From the NCBI GenBank assembly GCA_001643675.2, contig LSRY02000020.1, positions 682,001 through 746,000 on the forward strand: a DNA stretch of 64,000 nt. The letters are read 5' to 3'. This document shows positions 12,540-26,385 of this stretch, in pieces. Position 1 is the stretch's first letter; each line of letters begins with the position of its first letter. The notes under the pieces are model-generated. The model had not been told where the DNA came from and did not search any database. It was given only the letters and a program-made list of their open reading frames with translations. A program made the translations under genes and the position numbers. The stretch comes from Monocercomonoides exilis PA203. Lineage: Eukaryota > Protista > Preaxostyla.

Positions 12540-14150
12540 CTACAAATAAAATCATAATAGATAAAAATGATTGTGCAGATTTCAGCAATCTGGATGCGAT
12601 TGAAGAATTGCAGTCTTTTATAAATGGTTTTGATAATTAAAAGCACTTTCAAAAATTAAAATTGTTTAATTACGATATTTCTCAATGCACCAGAATTTTT
12701 GTTAAAAGATTGGGAAATGCTGGAGAATCCTCTTTGAAAGCTTTATCATCTTCGAAAAGTTGTTGGTGCGAAAGACGAGGATATACAACGCTTTTGCAAT
12801 GGTACAAACTTTATGAAAAGAATTGAGATAATTTGTGGTAAATTCCTAAAGCCCGTTGAGCTCTGAGCTGCTCGTGCACTTGGACACTTGAGCCGAACTG
12901 TATGTTTTGATACTTGTTCCTCGTTGTAAGAATTGTCTGTGGGTGCTGAAAATCTAACAGGAGCAATCACGCGTCTTGTTATATCTACTCCGCGTTTTTT
13001 CATGGACAACAGGGAGTGCATTATCGAAGTTGAATTGGCCTATTCGAATGAATGGGATATGTGGACACATGCAAATGCACAACAGCAAATTTTCGAATCT
13101 TCATAATGAATTGCTGTATCTTTATTCTTTTTTGAATAATTTCTAAGTGGATGTTAAAACTTTCTTTGGAACGACACTTTTTTTTTCAGACAGTTCTAGG
13201 TGTGTTTGAAAAAGGCTTCTTGACTCGCTATTAGACAGCATCCATTCAACTGTTTTGTGTGCTTGGAGGACGTTTGGTGAGCGTTATATCTTCCTTTGTT
13301 ATTCGAGACCATGGAGATAATGAGAATGCAAATGGTCTTCTTGCGGTTGATTCGTTTGTTCCTGCACCAAATCTGCCTGAAGTTCTGCTGCAATCTCGGA
13401 TGCCTCATAACAGCCATTCTTCTTACTGGGCGCAGCTTGTTTGTGCGAAGGGGCCAATCTGCTCTCTTGCCCTCAGGCAATATGATTTTTGCGTTTCATT
13501 ACAAGCTAAGAACATAGCCACTTTGTGCAACTTTTGACAAGCCAAAAAAGGATGAAAGAAAAAAGTGAAGTATTTATTGTTTGGAAGTTTGCGCGAAGAA
13601 AGCTGGAAGGAAATATTATAATTGGAAGCATATTTAATGATGATCATAAGTCGAATTAATACTCCTCTGGCGATTCTAATTTGCAGCAGATAGCTGATCG
13701 ATTGCTTTGGGAAGAAGAAAGCATGCAAGAAAGATATTTTGCTTTCGTGAGACGGCTGTGAAGTGTTTCGAAATATGGATTTTTATTCCTATTTTGCAGG
13801 GGATCAGAATATTCATCAGGAGAAGTTTGATGATTGTGCTGCCGTTCGATGCAGCAAGCGATGCACTGAGAGACGAGGTATCAAAGGCACTTTTAAATGC
13901 ATGTACAACATTGTCTTCGAATGCCCATATTGTTTCACATCTCAAAAGGATTTTCAAATACGACCTCAAGAGATATGAATACCTCTGCAACCACTGTGCG
14001 GAAGTTTAACGAAGTTGTTATCAGAAGTCTTCGAGGAAGAAAGCGTCATTAATGTTTTGTGGGAGCACATAGCTCGAATAAACACAAAGATATCGCAGAA
14101 CTTGAAAAGAAAGAACTTATGAAAGAAAGAATGAAGGCAAAGTGTGATTT
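12540..14150 (+). pseudogene. Decayed multi-exon gene of unknown family
   Basis: Coding-like segments (DFSNLDAIEELQSFIN; GAITRLVISTPRFF; VLPFDAASDALRDEVSKALLNAC) are separated by AT-rich intron-like spacers but broken by in-frame stops and frame changes. Confidence 0.4.
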
Positions 14151-15115
14151 AAAGATATGCCCTGCTTGAACAATGAATGGGAATGTGGATGTGAATCAAG
14201 AAGAAGAGAAACATCATAAATTATTTAATATTTTGCATCCATCATTCCAACTTTCCGCTGCCTCCTCTTCTTCCACTACTGCTGCTTTGTTATCTCCTTC
14301 GTGTTTTCCTCCTATTTCTTCATACCTACAATCAAATTATTCAAATTCTTCTTCTCGTTCTTCTTCTCAAAATCTGAGAGAAAAGTCTTTAAGCATTGCA
14401 AGTGAACCATTGATTCGAAGAAGAAGTGAAATTTGAAGGAAATATGAAAGGAGGAGTTCAAGGAGTTATTTCAATTTTTATTCAGCAAGCGCAACATGAA
14501 CGCAATGGCTCTGCTTACACAAGTGTGTTCGAAGCGTAGACAACAATAAAAGTGTTTTCCGCCTCAAAGAAAAGAGTATCTCTTGCTTGTGAGAATGTTG
14601 TTGTAATGACCAAAAGTGAAAAAAAAAGGGCTGAATCCTTTTGAAATGAACAAAAAAACGAAGAAGAAGAATTTAAACAAATGGAATTGATAACCAAAAC
14701 TGGAGTTACACAAAATGAGTAATGCAATTATTACTGCTAATATACATATCAAAAAAAAGGAAGGAGGATGGAAAAAAGCAACTAGAAAGCAGAATTTGAA
14801 ATTGAAGAACAAATAGACATACAAAATACACACAAAATCGTTGAGAGGCGAGGATAAGTGAGAATTAAACATGAACATGCAAATGCAGGCAACGCTGCTC
14901 AACGAAATTCTGAATTCTGAACAGACAGAAAAAGGAAACGAACAAAACGCAAATAGTGGAAACGAAAACGGCAGACTTGGAAAAATTAGAAGAAATGTGA
15001 TGTACAAAAAACTAACAGAGAAAGGAGCAACATTGGTAATAAAAAGAAAAAAATATTGAAATTGCTCTTGAAAGAAAAAAGGGGGTTTTGCAAAATATGA
15101 TTGACAATAGCTTTT

Positions 15116-18100
15116 TTATTCATTTTTTCCGGCCATTAAACTTGCTGCGATATCTAAAGAATTCACAGCTGTGCTTAGCTCGAAGTGTTCTGTTGCTTCC
15201 TCCTGGTCAATTGCGTCGGACATTGTCAGAATTGCAGCTCCTGGGGGAAAGCGCTGGATAAACTCTCGCTTCATGTCATTGAGCGATGGTCGATCGATTG
15301 AAGCTTCAGAGAAACAACTCTTCAATATTCTTCTCAAAGAGCAGTTTTGAAGAGCATCCGTGCTTGGCCTCTCCCCATTCACGATCTTCTGCCCAGCTGC
15401 CTCTGCCTCATACTCCCCAAACGGGATCTGGAGTGTCAGGCACTCCCACAGCATCATCCCGACCGAGAATGCCACCGACTTCTCTGTTGCCCCCATCTTC
15501 TTGTTCATCTGCAGCTCTGGCGCCTTCCACCTCAGACACTCCTTCTTGAAATTGTCATCCTCATCCTCAAACGCAGACGAGGGCAGAGAGTCATCCTCCT
15601 CCTCATCATCATCGCTGGCAGATGTCGCAACAGTTGATGAGGAGATGGATGAGGAATCGGAATCATCGTCAGATGAGAAGTCGGAGTGCATCGCAACGCA
15701 GATGACCATGTGTTCGGAGAACAGTACAATGTGCGGACTCAGATTTGTCAGTGACTGAAGTGAATTGTTCATTTCATCAAACGAGTGGAGTGCAAGATTG
15801 GCTACCCAGAACAGGATCTGTGCAGCTGTTTGCTCCCTCTCCTGCAGAGTGCCTATCGCCATCTCTTTTGTCTTGTTCCTTCCATGCAGCAGCATGAACA
15901 GCGAATCTCTCAGATCCACAATCAGCTTCTCATGAGGTGATGAGCATGCCATAGCATCCACCAGATTCGACATGGATGAAGTGGTTGGACAAAGATCCTC
16001 CCCGCGAACAAATGTTGTTTCTGTGTCTGAAGTGTCTGTGGCAGAAGTGGATGAAATTGATGGTGAAGGAGTTCTTTTCCTCGTCTCTTCCTCTTCTTCA
16101 ACCTTCTCAAATGCCCATTCAGGAATCTTGTCTGAATCTTTCCCCAGAATATATTCAGTAGATCCACTCTCACTCAACAAATGTTCTGATGATTCTGAAT
16201 GCTCCATATTCGTCTCATACACTCTCTTCTTTATTCTCTCTTCATTCTTCTTCTCTTCCTCCCTTTCAGCTCTTCTCCATTGCTCCTCAGGTGACATATC
16301 CATCGTCACCATTTCAATTAACTTCGGATCCTTTTTCACTGTATCATTCACAATCTCTTCCAGTTCTTCTGTTCGTCTCTTGGATTTCCTCCATCGAACT
16401 GTAATAATTATTGATACAATCAGCACAATTAAAAGAACAATAGCCATAATAATTACAATTAGCAACCAATAGGATTTTTCTTCTTTTCCTCCTTCAACCA
16501 CTTTATCATTTCCAGTCTTTGATTCTGTTTTGTTCTTCAGAATCTGCGGAGAAGTTGAGGCCAAATGCTTTCCAAACATAATCATCACTGACACCTCCGT
16601 CTCATCCTCAACCGTTGTTATCTTGTCTGAAGGAATCGTGCCTATCACTTCTGTTTCTGACACAAAACTGCTTTCCTCAAATTGATATGTCTCAACCAAC
16701 TCCACATCTCCTGTTTTATACACAAGTCTGAATGACAAGTCACACGGCAAAAAGAGCTCTCCCTTGAATTTCACAACAATGTTACTTCCTTTTTCATTCA
16801 CAAAAGCCTCTTCCAATTTTGGAATGAAAAATGGAGATGGTCTTTCTCCAATAATCCCTTCGAGGGTGCATCCATCATTCAAAATCCAAAGAGATGAGTT
16901 ATCTTTCACCCCATCCCCACCTTTCAAACTGGAAATGTTTAATGAAGCAGTATCTGAACAAATGATGTTTCGACGAAGAGAAGGATATTTTTCAATGAAT
17001 GGATTGTTATTTGCGAGCATTCCCATCTCAATAATAGCCTTTCCTCCTTTTATCGAAATACCTCCTTTCGATGAATTCTCGATTTTAATATCATTCACCT
17101 GCAAATCGGAGCTTTCAGAATGCACGAGAGATCCATTCCATTTACATATTTCTTCAAAAGCATTCGCAATCTCAATTTCACTTTCTTTTGCAAGCGCTCC
17201 TGTAAATCGACTCAAATCCATCGAAAAACTCGATGCATTGTTCACGTTTATCATGCTCCCTTTATCCGATAAGGAAATGCAATTTGAGCAGGAGCAATTT
17301 GTGAAAGTAACATATGCAGACGATGAAGACACAGAAAGAACAGAAGCGCCTTCTGAATTCCTTGAACAGTTATTGAACGAGGAGATTCCAATAGAAATTG
17401 TTCCTGAAGCAGAATCTTGAATCGCAATGATACAGCCTTCAGATAGATTCATTCCATCAGCCACCACCCAATTAAATGCAACGCTCCCACAATTTCCAAT
17501 CTCAAAAATATCAGTCTTTGCTTCAATCTGTTCCAGTTTCACATTCGTCAACGAAATCTCATTCCCACAAAACAGAAAAGAAGGCTTCTTGAAGAAAAGC
17601 ATTGTTATTGTGCAGTTGTCAATGTGCAAAATTCCATTTTCAACGTTCAGCAAAGTCGAGTTAAGAACAACAGGTTGAATGCCTTTTGATTCCAGAGCAG
17701 AACAGAAATCAATAAATGAAAGAGAAAGTTGACCATTCACTTCATAAATTATAGAACTGCCTGAATATGAAAATGACTGGCCAAAATTGAATTTCACACT
17801 TTCTATCCGAACTTTCTCTGAGATTGTGATCAAATTTTCTTCATCTCCAGAAATTGTTGAGTTCAGATGCACCAGAGCTGCTGATGGAGATTCAAGTGAG
17901 CGTACGATGACATCATGCATATCACATTTCTCAACGATGCCTGTTTCCCGTAAGATCAACAGCTGGGAGAATAGTGATGGAATGATGTGCCGCATTCCCT
18001 CACTCAACGATTCACAAGGCGCTTCAAACCCTCCACATTGCTTGCTATCTGTGTGATTTTCAGAAACTGAAGACACAAAAATCGTCTCACTCTGATATTT

Positions 18101-21100
18101 TACAACCCTCAGCAAAAGATCTTCTTCCCCTACAAACGAGTCAGTTGCGCAGCCCCATATCGCTAGCTCCTTCACAAACGGAGCTCTGAAATCCAGCAAG
18201 AATTGTTCATCAACAATTTGTGTATCGATTGAGTGACATCTCACATACACGTCTCTTCCTCTAAATGACTTATTGTCCTTGAATGTAATATTAGACAGCT
18301 CAAAATTCAGAGGCTGCTCAGCTATCGATGAACATTCCAGAAACAGCCACCCACCTCTTCCTGTGCTCGAGCAGAAACACTCAGAAATCGTGCAAAATGA
18401 GCACTCAAAATTTCCTCCTTCATTCAACACATGAAACATCCCTCCTCCCTTTCCACATTTCAACCCTCCACATCTCTTCATCGTTGTGTTTCGAATCACA
18501 ATTTTCAATGACTCATCATTGTTATTTCGAATGATTGGAATATCATTGGTTGTGTTCTGGGCAACTTCTTCAAATACGCTCCACTCAATAACAACTTCTT
18601 GTTCAGCTTCGTTTTTTTCTCTTCTTGAACTCTTTGATATGCTCAATCCGCTTGACCCATCAAGCTCAATATTCTTCATCGTCAAATTTTTGATGCTCAA
18701 AATCGTTGTTGGCAACACAGAAATAACATCTTTTGAAAAGCTAAGTGATTGCATTGAAACAATGTCCAATTGGACTGTGCCTCCATCTGCCTTGATCAGC
18801 CCGTAATTCATTATTTCATCATCACTTTCTTCATTTTTTGAGAATGAACAGTCTTTCAAAGTCAGCAATCCCTCGCTTGAGCCAACATGCATCAGAACAT
18901 TAATACAGCTTGTTAAGGATGATGACATCACAAAGATAATTAATTCAAATTTTGTTATTCCAGAAATCTTCATTGCTGCTTCTTCTGCTCCCTCAAGCGA
19001 TGAGACACATTCCAATGAGCACATGCTGCTCTCATCTGATTTCACAAAAATTCCACTAAGATCAACACTTTTTTGGAGAATTCCTTTTCCAATGATGTTG
19101 ATATTTCTTTCGCTTCCTTCAAGAAATCGATCCAATGAATAATCAATTGATAGGCATGGATAATCTGAGAATCCACAAGTGCAAACATCTTTCCCATCGC
19201 CTCTAATAAATAACTCTGAGCCGAGTTCAATCCAGAAATAAACCAACGGGATTGCATTTGTTGTATCATTTCCATCATAGCCTCTCATTGAATTCAATGA
19301 AATATCTGCCAGATGCTCAGATACAAATGGAAGTGAGTCATTTGTGATGCTCTTTGTCAAGTTGAATGACTCAACAAAAAGATCATTTCCATATTTTGCA
19401 ACATTTGGCTTGTCTTCCTCAAAAATAGGGGATGAAATCACAAATGAAGAATAGTCATCAATCAACTTTAGTGCCACTCCTCCCCCAAAGCCAATTTTCT
19501 CTTCTCCAGCTGGTGCTGTGCATCCTGTGAATGTGCACGAAACAATATTTATATGAGTATTCTCTTTCATCTGCACATTGAGAGCCCCTCCTCTGCTTCC
19601 ATCAGCCTGCACAGAGCATCCATCAAATACACATTCTTCAATATTTATTTCACCATTTGAATCTTCATCATCGCTGTTATCAATGCTCACACAGCCTCCA
19701 CTTCCATCAGTTCTTTCAATTTCTGTGAAACGGCAGTTTGTCATGTTCAACCATTTGGTGTTCATCAATTCATCCCTTGTGCAACTTCCAGACAAAGAGA
19801 TCAATGGATTTCCATTCAAATCAATCGATAAAGCAGAGAATTTGTCGATTGTCAAAATTCCTGATTCAACGGACAAGAACAGAAATATCAATTCTGATAG
19901 TGAATTTTGAAGGGAAAGTGAACATTGGGACAGCGTAAGTGGTAAAGAAGATGATGAAATAAAAGTAGAATGCGATGAAAGAGAAGATGGAAGAGAGAAG
20001 ATAAGTTTCGATAATTCTGTTTCGGTATTTATCGTTATCATCGCTAAATTGGATGTTGCACTCGAATCAGAGACTGTCCAGCCACTTTCATCATCATTTC
20101 CTCGGATCTCATGCTTCTGCTCATCAAATGTCAATTCATCCCTCATCAAAATTATTCCACTTACAACAACTTTCTTTTCTCCTGTTTGTCTTGTGAGGGA
20201 GTGCTTCAAGGTCAAACAAGGGAATTGGACAATTCCACAGTGTGAATGATCATGTGACTCAATGTTGCTCACATATATTTCTTCTGGAGTGGAAAGAAGA
20301 TAAATGCATAGAGGGATAGCAACACTCGTATTTCCGTTTTCATATCCTCGCACTTTGTCAAACGAATCCAATGAATTTGTCACACACGAGATCTTTTTTG
20401 ATTTTGCAGTCATTTCCAGATTGGGTGATAAGACGAAGATATCATTTCCCATTTTGGCTGTGTTTGTTCCGAATGAAGAGGAGATCAGGAAATTTGGATT
20501 TCCCTTCATCAATCGAAGAAGAATTCCTCCTCCAAGACCATTGGAAGAAGAACAAAAGCAACCATCAAAAGATCCGCCTTTCACTTTCACTTCATTTTCA
20601 CTTCCTGCGAATAGCATCATCGATCCTCCATTCTCTGAACTTGTGCTTCCACAACCTTCGAATGTACAAGAGTCCAGATCAATGCTTGCCTTGTCGTTGG
20701 AAAACGACATCACAGCTGCTCCATTCGTTGTTCTTTCCATCCCATTAAATGTGCACCCTGAAAATGTCAATGATATTTCATTTGTTAAAGAAATCGAAAA
20801 TAACGAAACAGTGGAGATAGTCTTTGCCCAGTTCACATTTTCCATCTGAAACATCCCACTCTGAACATTTATCAGCTCTGTGGTGAATGCTGTTTCTGAA
20901 GATTGTCCATTTCCAGCAGATATGCTCAGCCTGTTTATTTGCATCTCTCCCACTCCACTTATCTCAAACAACCTTGACCCACGGTTATTTGCATATGCCG
21001 AATCGTGAATAACAGTAAAGTCTCTGACAGTCAATGTTCCCTCTGATACAGAAAAAAGAGATAAGCCTGATTCTTCAGATTCAATTTGGATCATTGAACT

Positions 21101-22900
21101 CAAATCGCTTTGGCCATATATAGTGTAAGTATTCACTCCACAGTCCACTTTTTTGGTCTCTGTAATCGTTCCCGCGAGTATCTCAATATCTGTCACAGAA
21201 TTTGGAATCAGCTGTGAAAGACAATGACTAACAGTGCTGCATGGATGGCTTTCATCCATTCCACATGAAAATGTATCAATGGCATTTGGCTTTGTTTCAG
21301 CAGATGAAACATATCTAATTCTTCCAAAATCATTTCGAAGCCATCCGCTTTTGTCAATGATTGGATTGTTATTTGTGACAACTCTGTTTTCTGTTTGTCT
21401 GGTTGAAAAGCATGTGGAATCAATGTTATTTTCTGAAGAATTATAAAGATAAATATCATGCCCACAGTTCGCGCATGTGTTATTGTGGAAAAAACAATAG
21501 AATAATAAAATTCCATTATTATTTGAATTTATTAAATGTGACATGGCACCTCCTGCACTCGATGAATAACAATCGCAGAATAGACAATTTGATGAAATGA
21601 CTTGACCATTGCAATACCAATGATTAATCGCGCCTCCAGTGGATGACGTCGGATGACTTGTTTGGCAAGAATCAAAACACGAATTAATAATGCATTCTTT
21701 TTGTCTTTGAGATTTTGTTTCACAAATATCGACCGCTCCTCCATCGTTTCCCGAAGAACAGTTTCTAAACGAACAATCGTCAACCATTGGATGAACAAAT
21801 ACTGCTTCAAACTGAACACCTCCACCTCCGCCATTCACATTTATTGAAGCACTTGAGCATTGCACAAATGATGTGTGTTTAACGATGCATTCAGCGATAT
21901 TCAATGCATATATTCCTCCCCCTTTTGTCGAGGAAGCATTGCATCTCGTGAATGAAGAATTTTCAACTTTCAGAATGGCATTTGAATTGTCATGCACATA
22001 AAGAGCACCTCCTTGTGGCGCTGTGCAATCAGTCCATTCGCACAATGAAAATGATTGGCTATCAGTTATATTCATCTGTCCTTTTTTCTCAAGAGCATTC
22101 ATTTCTCTTTTTCCAAAGTTTATTGATGTGTTTCTGCAGACAAATTCTTCTGAAGAAAATGATCCACTTGAGATCCCTCCTTCAAACACATTCACACACG
22201 AAAAAATGAGGCAGTTCTCCATTGAACTCAAGCAGCATGAATGCTCCATATAAAAATCAATGTTCTTGAAAGGTTTCACAGAAATGTTCCTGAAGGCGCA
22301 GTTATTAATCTGTTCAATTTTGCTCTTTCCAGACAACAGGAAATTGAATGTAGAGGAAATATCCAGATCTGTAATGATCGAATTTTTCAAAATGGCAAAA
22401 TTTAAATCATCAGATGAAAATATGAGACTGGATGGGTTAAGACTCTTTTGGGGGATAAAAGTCATGTTTGTGAGGCAGATTGACCCACTTTGTAAAAGAA
22501 ACGGAGATTCCGATTTTTGGTAAGAAATGCAGGAATCAATCATTATAGTTGATTTGTATGTTATAAGCATCAAAGGAGAAGACAAATATTCAATCGCCAT
22601 ATTTTTCAGTCCAACTGTAGAATTGTGGAATCCCAAAAATGTGTTTTTCACTGTAGAAATACTTGAATGCAATCTTTTCACTCCTAACAATGTATTCTGC
22701 TCGAATAAATAATTGTGATCGTCCTTTGATTGAAATTGCGCATCATTGGAATAACCTAAACCCAAATAAAGAGAATTAATTAAACAATATTATTTCGAAA
22801 TAATACCTTTGTTTTTCAATGCGGCAGCTCCAGAGACATCTTGTGATTCAAATGCCTTCCAAAAAATCAAACATGCAAAAAGGAACAAAAGCATTCTCAT
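15116..22900 (-). CDS. Giant type-I membrane receptor: signal peptide, parallel beta-helix (Pmp-like GGA/FxxC) ectodomain, Cys-motif repeats, TM helix, degenerate tyrosine-kinase-like C-lobe
   Basis: Exon 1 22900-22807 encodes MRMLLFLFACLIFWKAFES.. and splices over a 51-nt GT-AG intron (22806-22756) in phase into the 2549-aa ORF. TM is YWLLIVIIMAIVLLIVLIVSIIITV followed by RWRK. Kinase C-lobe motifs LRWKAPE, FSVGMMLWECLTLQIPF, RPS. Confidence 0.9.
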
Positions 22901-25393
22901 GTGGAATGAAAAACAATTTTGATTTGAAATTTTTTTATTTTTTTCCGGATGATCAAATTGAAATAAATAATGGTTTTTTTCACAATTGAAAATTGAAAAA
23001 ATCTTTCTTTCAGCAAATCGTTTTGTGGGCTTTTGAAATGCATCTGGAGCGCATCCAAAATTATGCTATTTCTTCGATTGCTTCCAGGCATGAATCTGTT
23101 GTTGCCGATGCGGATGAAATATTTGTACACAAAAAATATAAGTTAATAAAATAATATAAAAGGATAAAATTGAATGAAAAGTTTTAAAAAAAATATTTTC
23201 AAAAAGAAATTGCTGTCCAATAAAAGCACAAAAAGCACAAAATGCTATATCTCTTCAAATGACTTTAAAATCACCATTTGAATGTGTTGTTTCGTATTAT
23301 AAAAATCTTCTTTCACATTGCTCTTAAATGATGAGTCCTTATTCATTCACCCTCCCTTTCTTCCTCTCATCTTCTGCCCTAGTGCTCTTTCCTGCAAAAC
23401 TTCAACCGACTTTCGCATCATCTTCCTGCTCAATTCCTCTTCTCTTCTCCAATGTCTGTTTTCTTCTCTTCTTCCTTCTTCTTTCTGCCAGTTGGAGCAT
23501 TTGATACGTTTATAGATTCTTCAGTCTGATTGTGAGAACAACAAGAGCAAGAAGAGAAGAATTTGACGGAAATTAAGAAGAAAAAGAAGAATTCGAGAAA
23601 AACTTCTATAACACAAAACACATTCATAGAAGTCGATCTTATTAACCATTCTTTTCCTCCTCCTCTCTTCTTCTTCTTCTTCTTCTTCGCATTTGCGTTT
23701 GCATTTGATGCCTTCGCTTGAGCTTCTTCGTCAAGTTGACATGCTTCAAGTTATTTCGATTTGATATGCTTGTTTTCAACAGAGGTGCGGAATTAATCCA
23801 ATTAAAAGAACAGCCATGAACAAAGGAATTAATTTTTGGTGGATTTTTGGAATTGTTTGAAGAAAAAGAAAAAGATAATAATAATAATAATAATTGGTTG
23901 ATTGAAGCAAGCGAAATGAAACTGTTGAGAAAGACAGAAATGTTCATGCTTTTGTACAAAAAGGATATGATTCTTCGGCCTGCGTGATTGAAAGGCATCA
24001 AAAATCAACAAGGTTGTGGATGATGAAGATGAAAGCTGCAAAAAGAAAATGGAATGAACATGCAGTGTTTTAACGACGAAATGGAAGAAGGATGAAAATA
24101 AGGTTGGTAGTCATTCATCGATGCTAATTCTGTGGACGTCAATACATCTAAAATGCATTCTTTGATATTTAAGGTACAAAATTCAATGGATCATGCGCAA
24201 CATAGAAGCAGACTGACACAACGAATTTGTTGAAAAACAAATGAAGAAAGCAAAAACCATCAATTCTCTTTCATTGGTCGTGGCAGCAAAGAAAACAAAC
24301 CTCGAAAAATAATCGCATTGCTTGCTCAAAATGATTGCCCTTTCGAAGAATGAAATCCAAATGCAGTTGGACAGAACGTTGTTTGATTGCCAACAAATAT
24401 TCGATAATTGGATGTCTCGTAGTTGGCGTTTCTCCACTCTTTTGAAACAAAAGCGGAATCAGAAATAGATTTTTGTTGCTTTCCATGTCTGTCTGGCGCA
24501 GTCCAAGAAACAGGAAAACCTTATAAATAAAACCGATATTTTGGGGTTCTCCTTTTTTTCATTGAAGGGTTGCCTTTTTTTGTGATAAATATCCTTCCCT
24601 CGATATTGTCAGCAACTTTCCATCCCCAAAAATACCACAAACTATTCCATTGCCTTATGCTCCAAAATTCTATATAATTTTGTGCAGATTTTGTCCTTCA
24701 CAGAATACCATCCATAAATCAACAATTTATAATATGACAGTTGAATTTGTTTTCACCTCTTGTTCCAAATAAAAAATCATGAAAATCGTAGCCCTTGCAT
24801 AACTTCATTTATATCCTAATTGCTATATAATAATCAGGTCCTTTCTCATCGTGTTGCTCTCCAAAGCGGAGATTGGCCATTTCAACAATAACTCATATTT
24901 CTGCACCTTGGAAAGGATACGGAGGGAAATATCTTCACAATCAATAGAACAATATAAATTATATACACCACGTCTTTTGTGTTATTGATGAAATTGTTGT
25001 ATTTTGTCTGTCTTCCAATTTTCAATAATCAAAGGTTAGAATTTCAAAACTAATGCATTACCATCAATGTCTGTTGTCATCATAGGAAATAATATTTTTA
25101 GTTCCATAGATAATGTTTATTCACTGATCTCTCATCTTTCCAATGGATAATCTCGTTCAAAGAAAACTATTTGATCAAAGAATCCATTACGAAAAAGAAT
25201 TATTGATAAAACATTGTTTTCATCCATATTCCCTTGGCAGAATGTTAACAAAAGAAAATACAGTGTGAATGCAACTTTTCTTTGACTGTTTCAGATTTTA
25301 TTTAATGCCAATTTTCTTTGATCAAACATATGCTAATTCAATTGAATGATAAAAATACTGTGTTTTCTGGTACATTATTTCATTAAAACACAA

Positions 25394-26385
25394 ATGGAAT
25401 ACAACACAACAAAATTCACTGGTTTGCATAAATTGTTACGTTTGAATTTTTGTTTTTCACATTTCTTCTTTTTTAAAGAATTGTTTTCTGAACTTGAGCA
25501 ATATAATGAGGATGAACAGAGAAAGAAAATTATTGAAATGAATGAAATATTTGATGAAATAGTTAAAGAAGAATTTCAATCCGTTTTCATGACAGAGTTG
25601 TTCGATGAAATTGACTAAATGATTGAAGAAAAGAAAATATTTTTGTACAATGTCTTCCTTCTGTGAAATATGTTGGATATTGCAATATGATGAAATGTGC
25701 ATGGATATTTGGCTTTGAAAAACCTTCGTTGAATGATAGATTTGAGAAAATGATTGTTGAATAAAGTGAGAAGAAAGATGAAAAGAACGAAAAGATTTTG
25801 ATTGATCTTTGCGAATGCTATCTTTTATTGAACTACTGGGTTTCTCAGGAATTGCTTTCAATTGTGTGCGTTGCCTTTTGAAAGCAGCATTGAATAAAGA
25901 GGAAATCGAGGAAGTTCAAAAAGAAGTGGAAATGGGTTTGCTGGCTTTGAGTAACATTCAGCAGTTGGGAGTATATATATCTAATTTAGAACGATTTTTT
26001 TAACATATATTTTGACGATGATGTGTATTGAAAAAAGAAAATGGGAGAAAAAATGCTTTTGAAGGTTGTAACAGAAAGTATTCAAGACCATCAAGTGGAT
26101 CCCAATCGGAACGCATTTCTTGAAAGTCAGCTTGACAATTTCCTATTGGAAGATGTATCAACGATAGTTGTTTGAAAAATGTTTTTGTAGATAAGTTGTA
26201 TTTTTGTGAGAGAAGCGACAAATGGACTTGAAGAATTATTGAAATATAAAGATTTGAAGAAAGAGAAAGAAGAAAGGGAAAGAAGGGGAGGAAAAAGAGT
26301 GTTTGCAACTTCATCAGAAGAGAAAAGAAAGAGATGAAAGGAGGAAGCAAACTGTTGATAGTTGCCTGTCAAATTTTCTGATATT
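25394..26385 (+). pseudogene. Pseudogene of an Oxymonad-type helical-repeat (ARM-like) expanded family
   Basis: MEYNTTKFT|intron|ELFSELEQYNEDEQRKKIIEMNEIFDEI..., CLLKAALNKEEIEEVQKEVEMGLLALSNI, SAxQFPIGR; several in-frame stops and frameshifts. Family assignment is from recollection of Monocercomonoides hypothetical proteins. Confidence 0.65.

Noticed and set aside
14170-15100. Short ORFs with Ser-rich or K/N-rich content downstream of the receptor
   Set aside because: Short, low-complexity, no consistent frame; probably repetitive flanking DNA or relic fragments.
15286-22712. Many antisense ORFs over the receptor (and likewise over RPL3, INO1, CEP131)
   Set aside because: Shadow ORFs expected from codon bias of the real gene on the other strand.
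23300-24490. Small ORFs with (TCT)n and (AAT)n tracts
   Set aside because: No motif or splice-consistent model; treated as degenerate island DNA.
24500-25230. Minus-strand frame MDENNVLSIILFRNGFFDQ... looking vaguely protein-like over about 220 codons
   Set aside because: About nine in-frame stops and no recognisable motif; cannot be told from AT-rich background or an old relic without a search.
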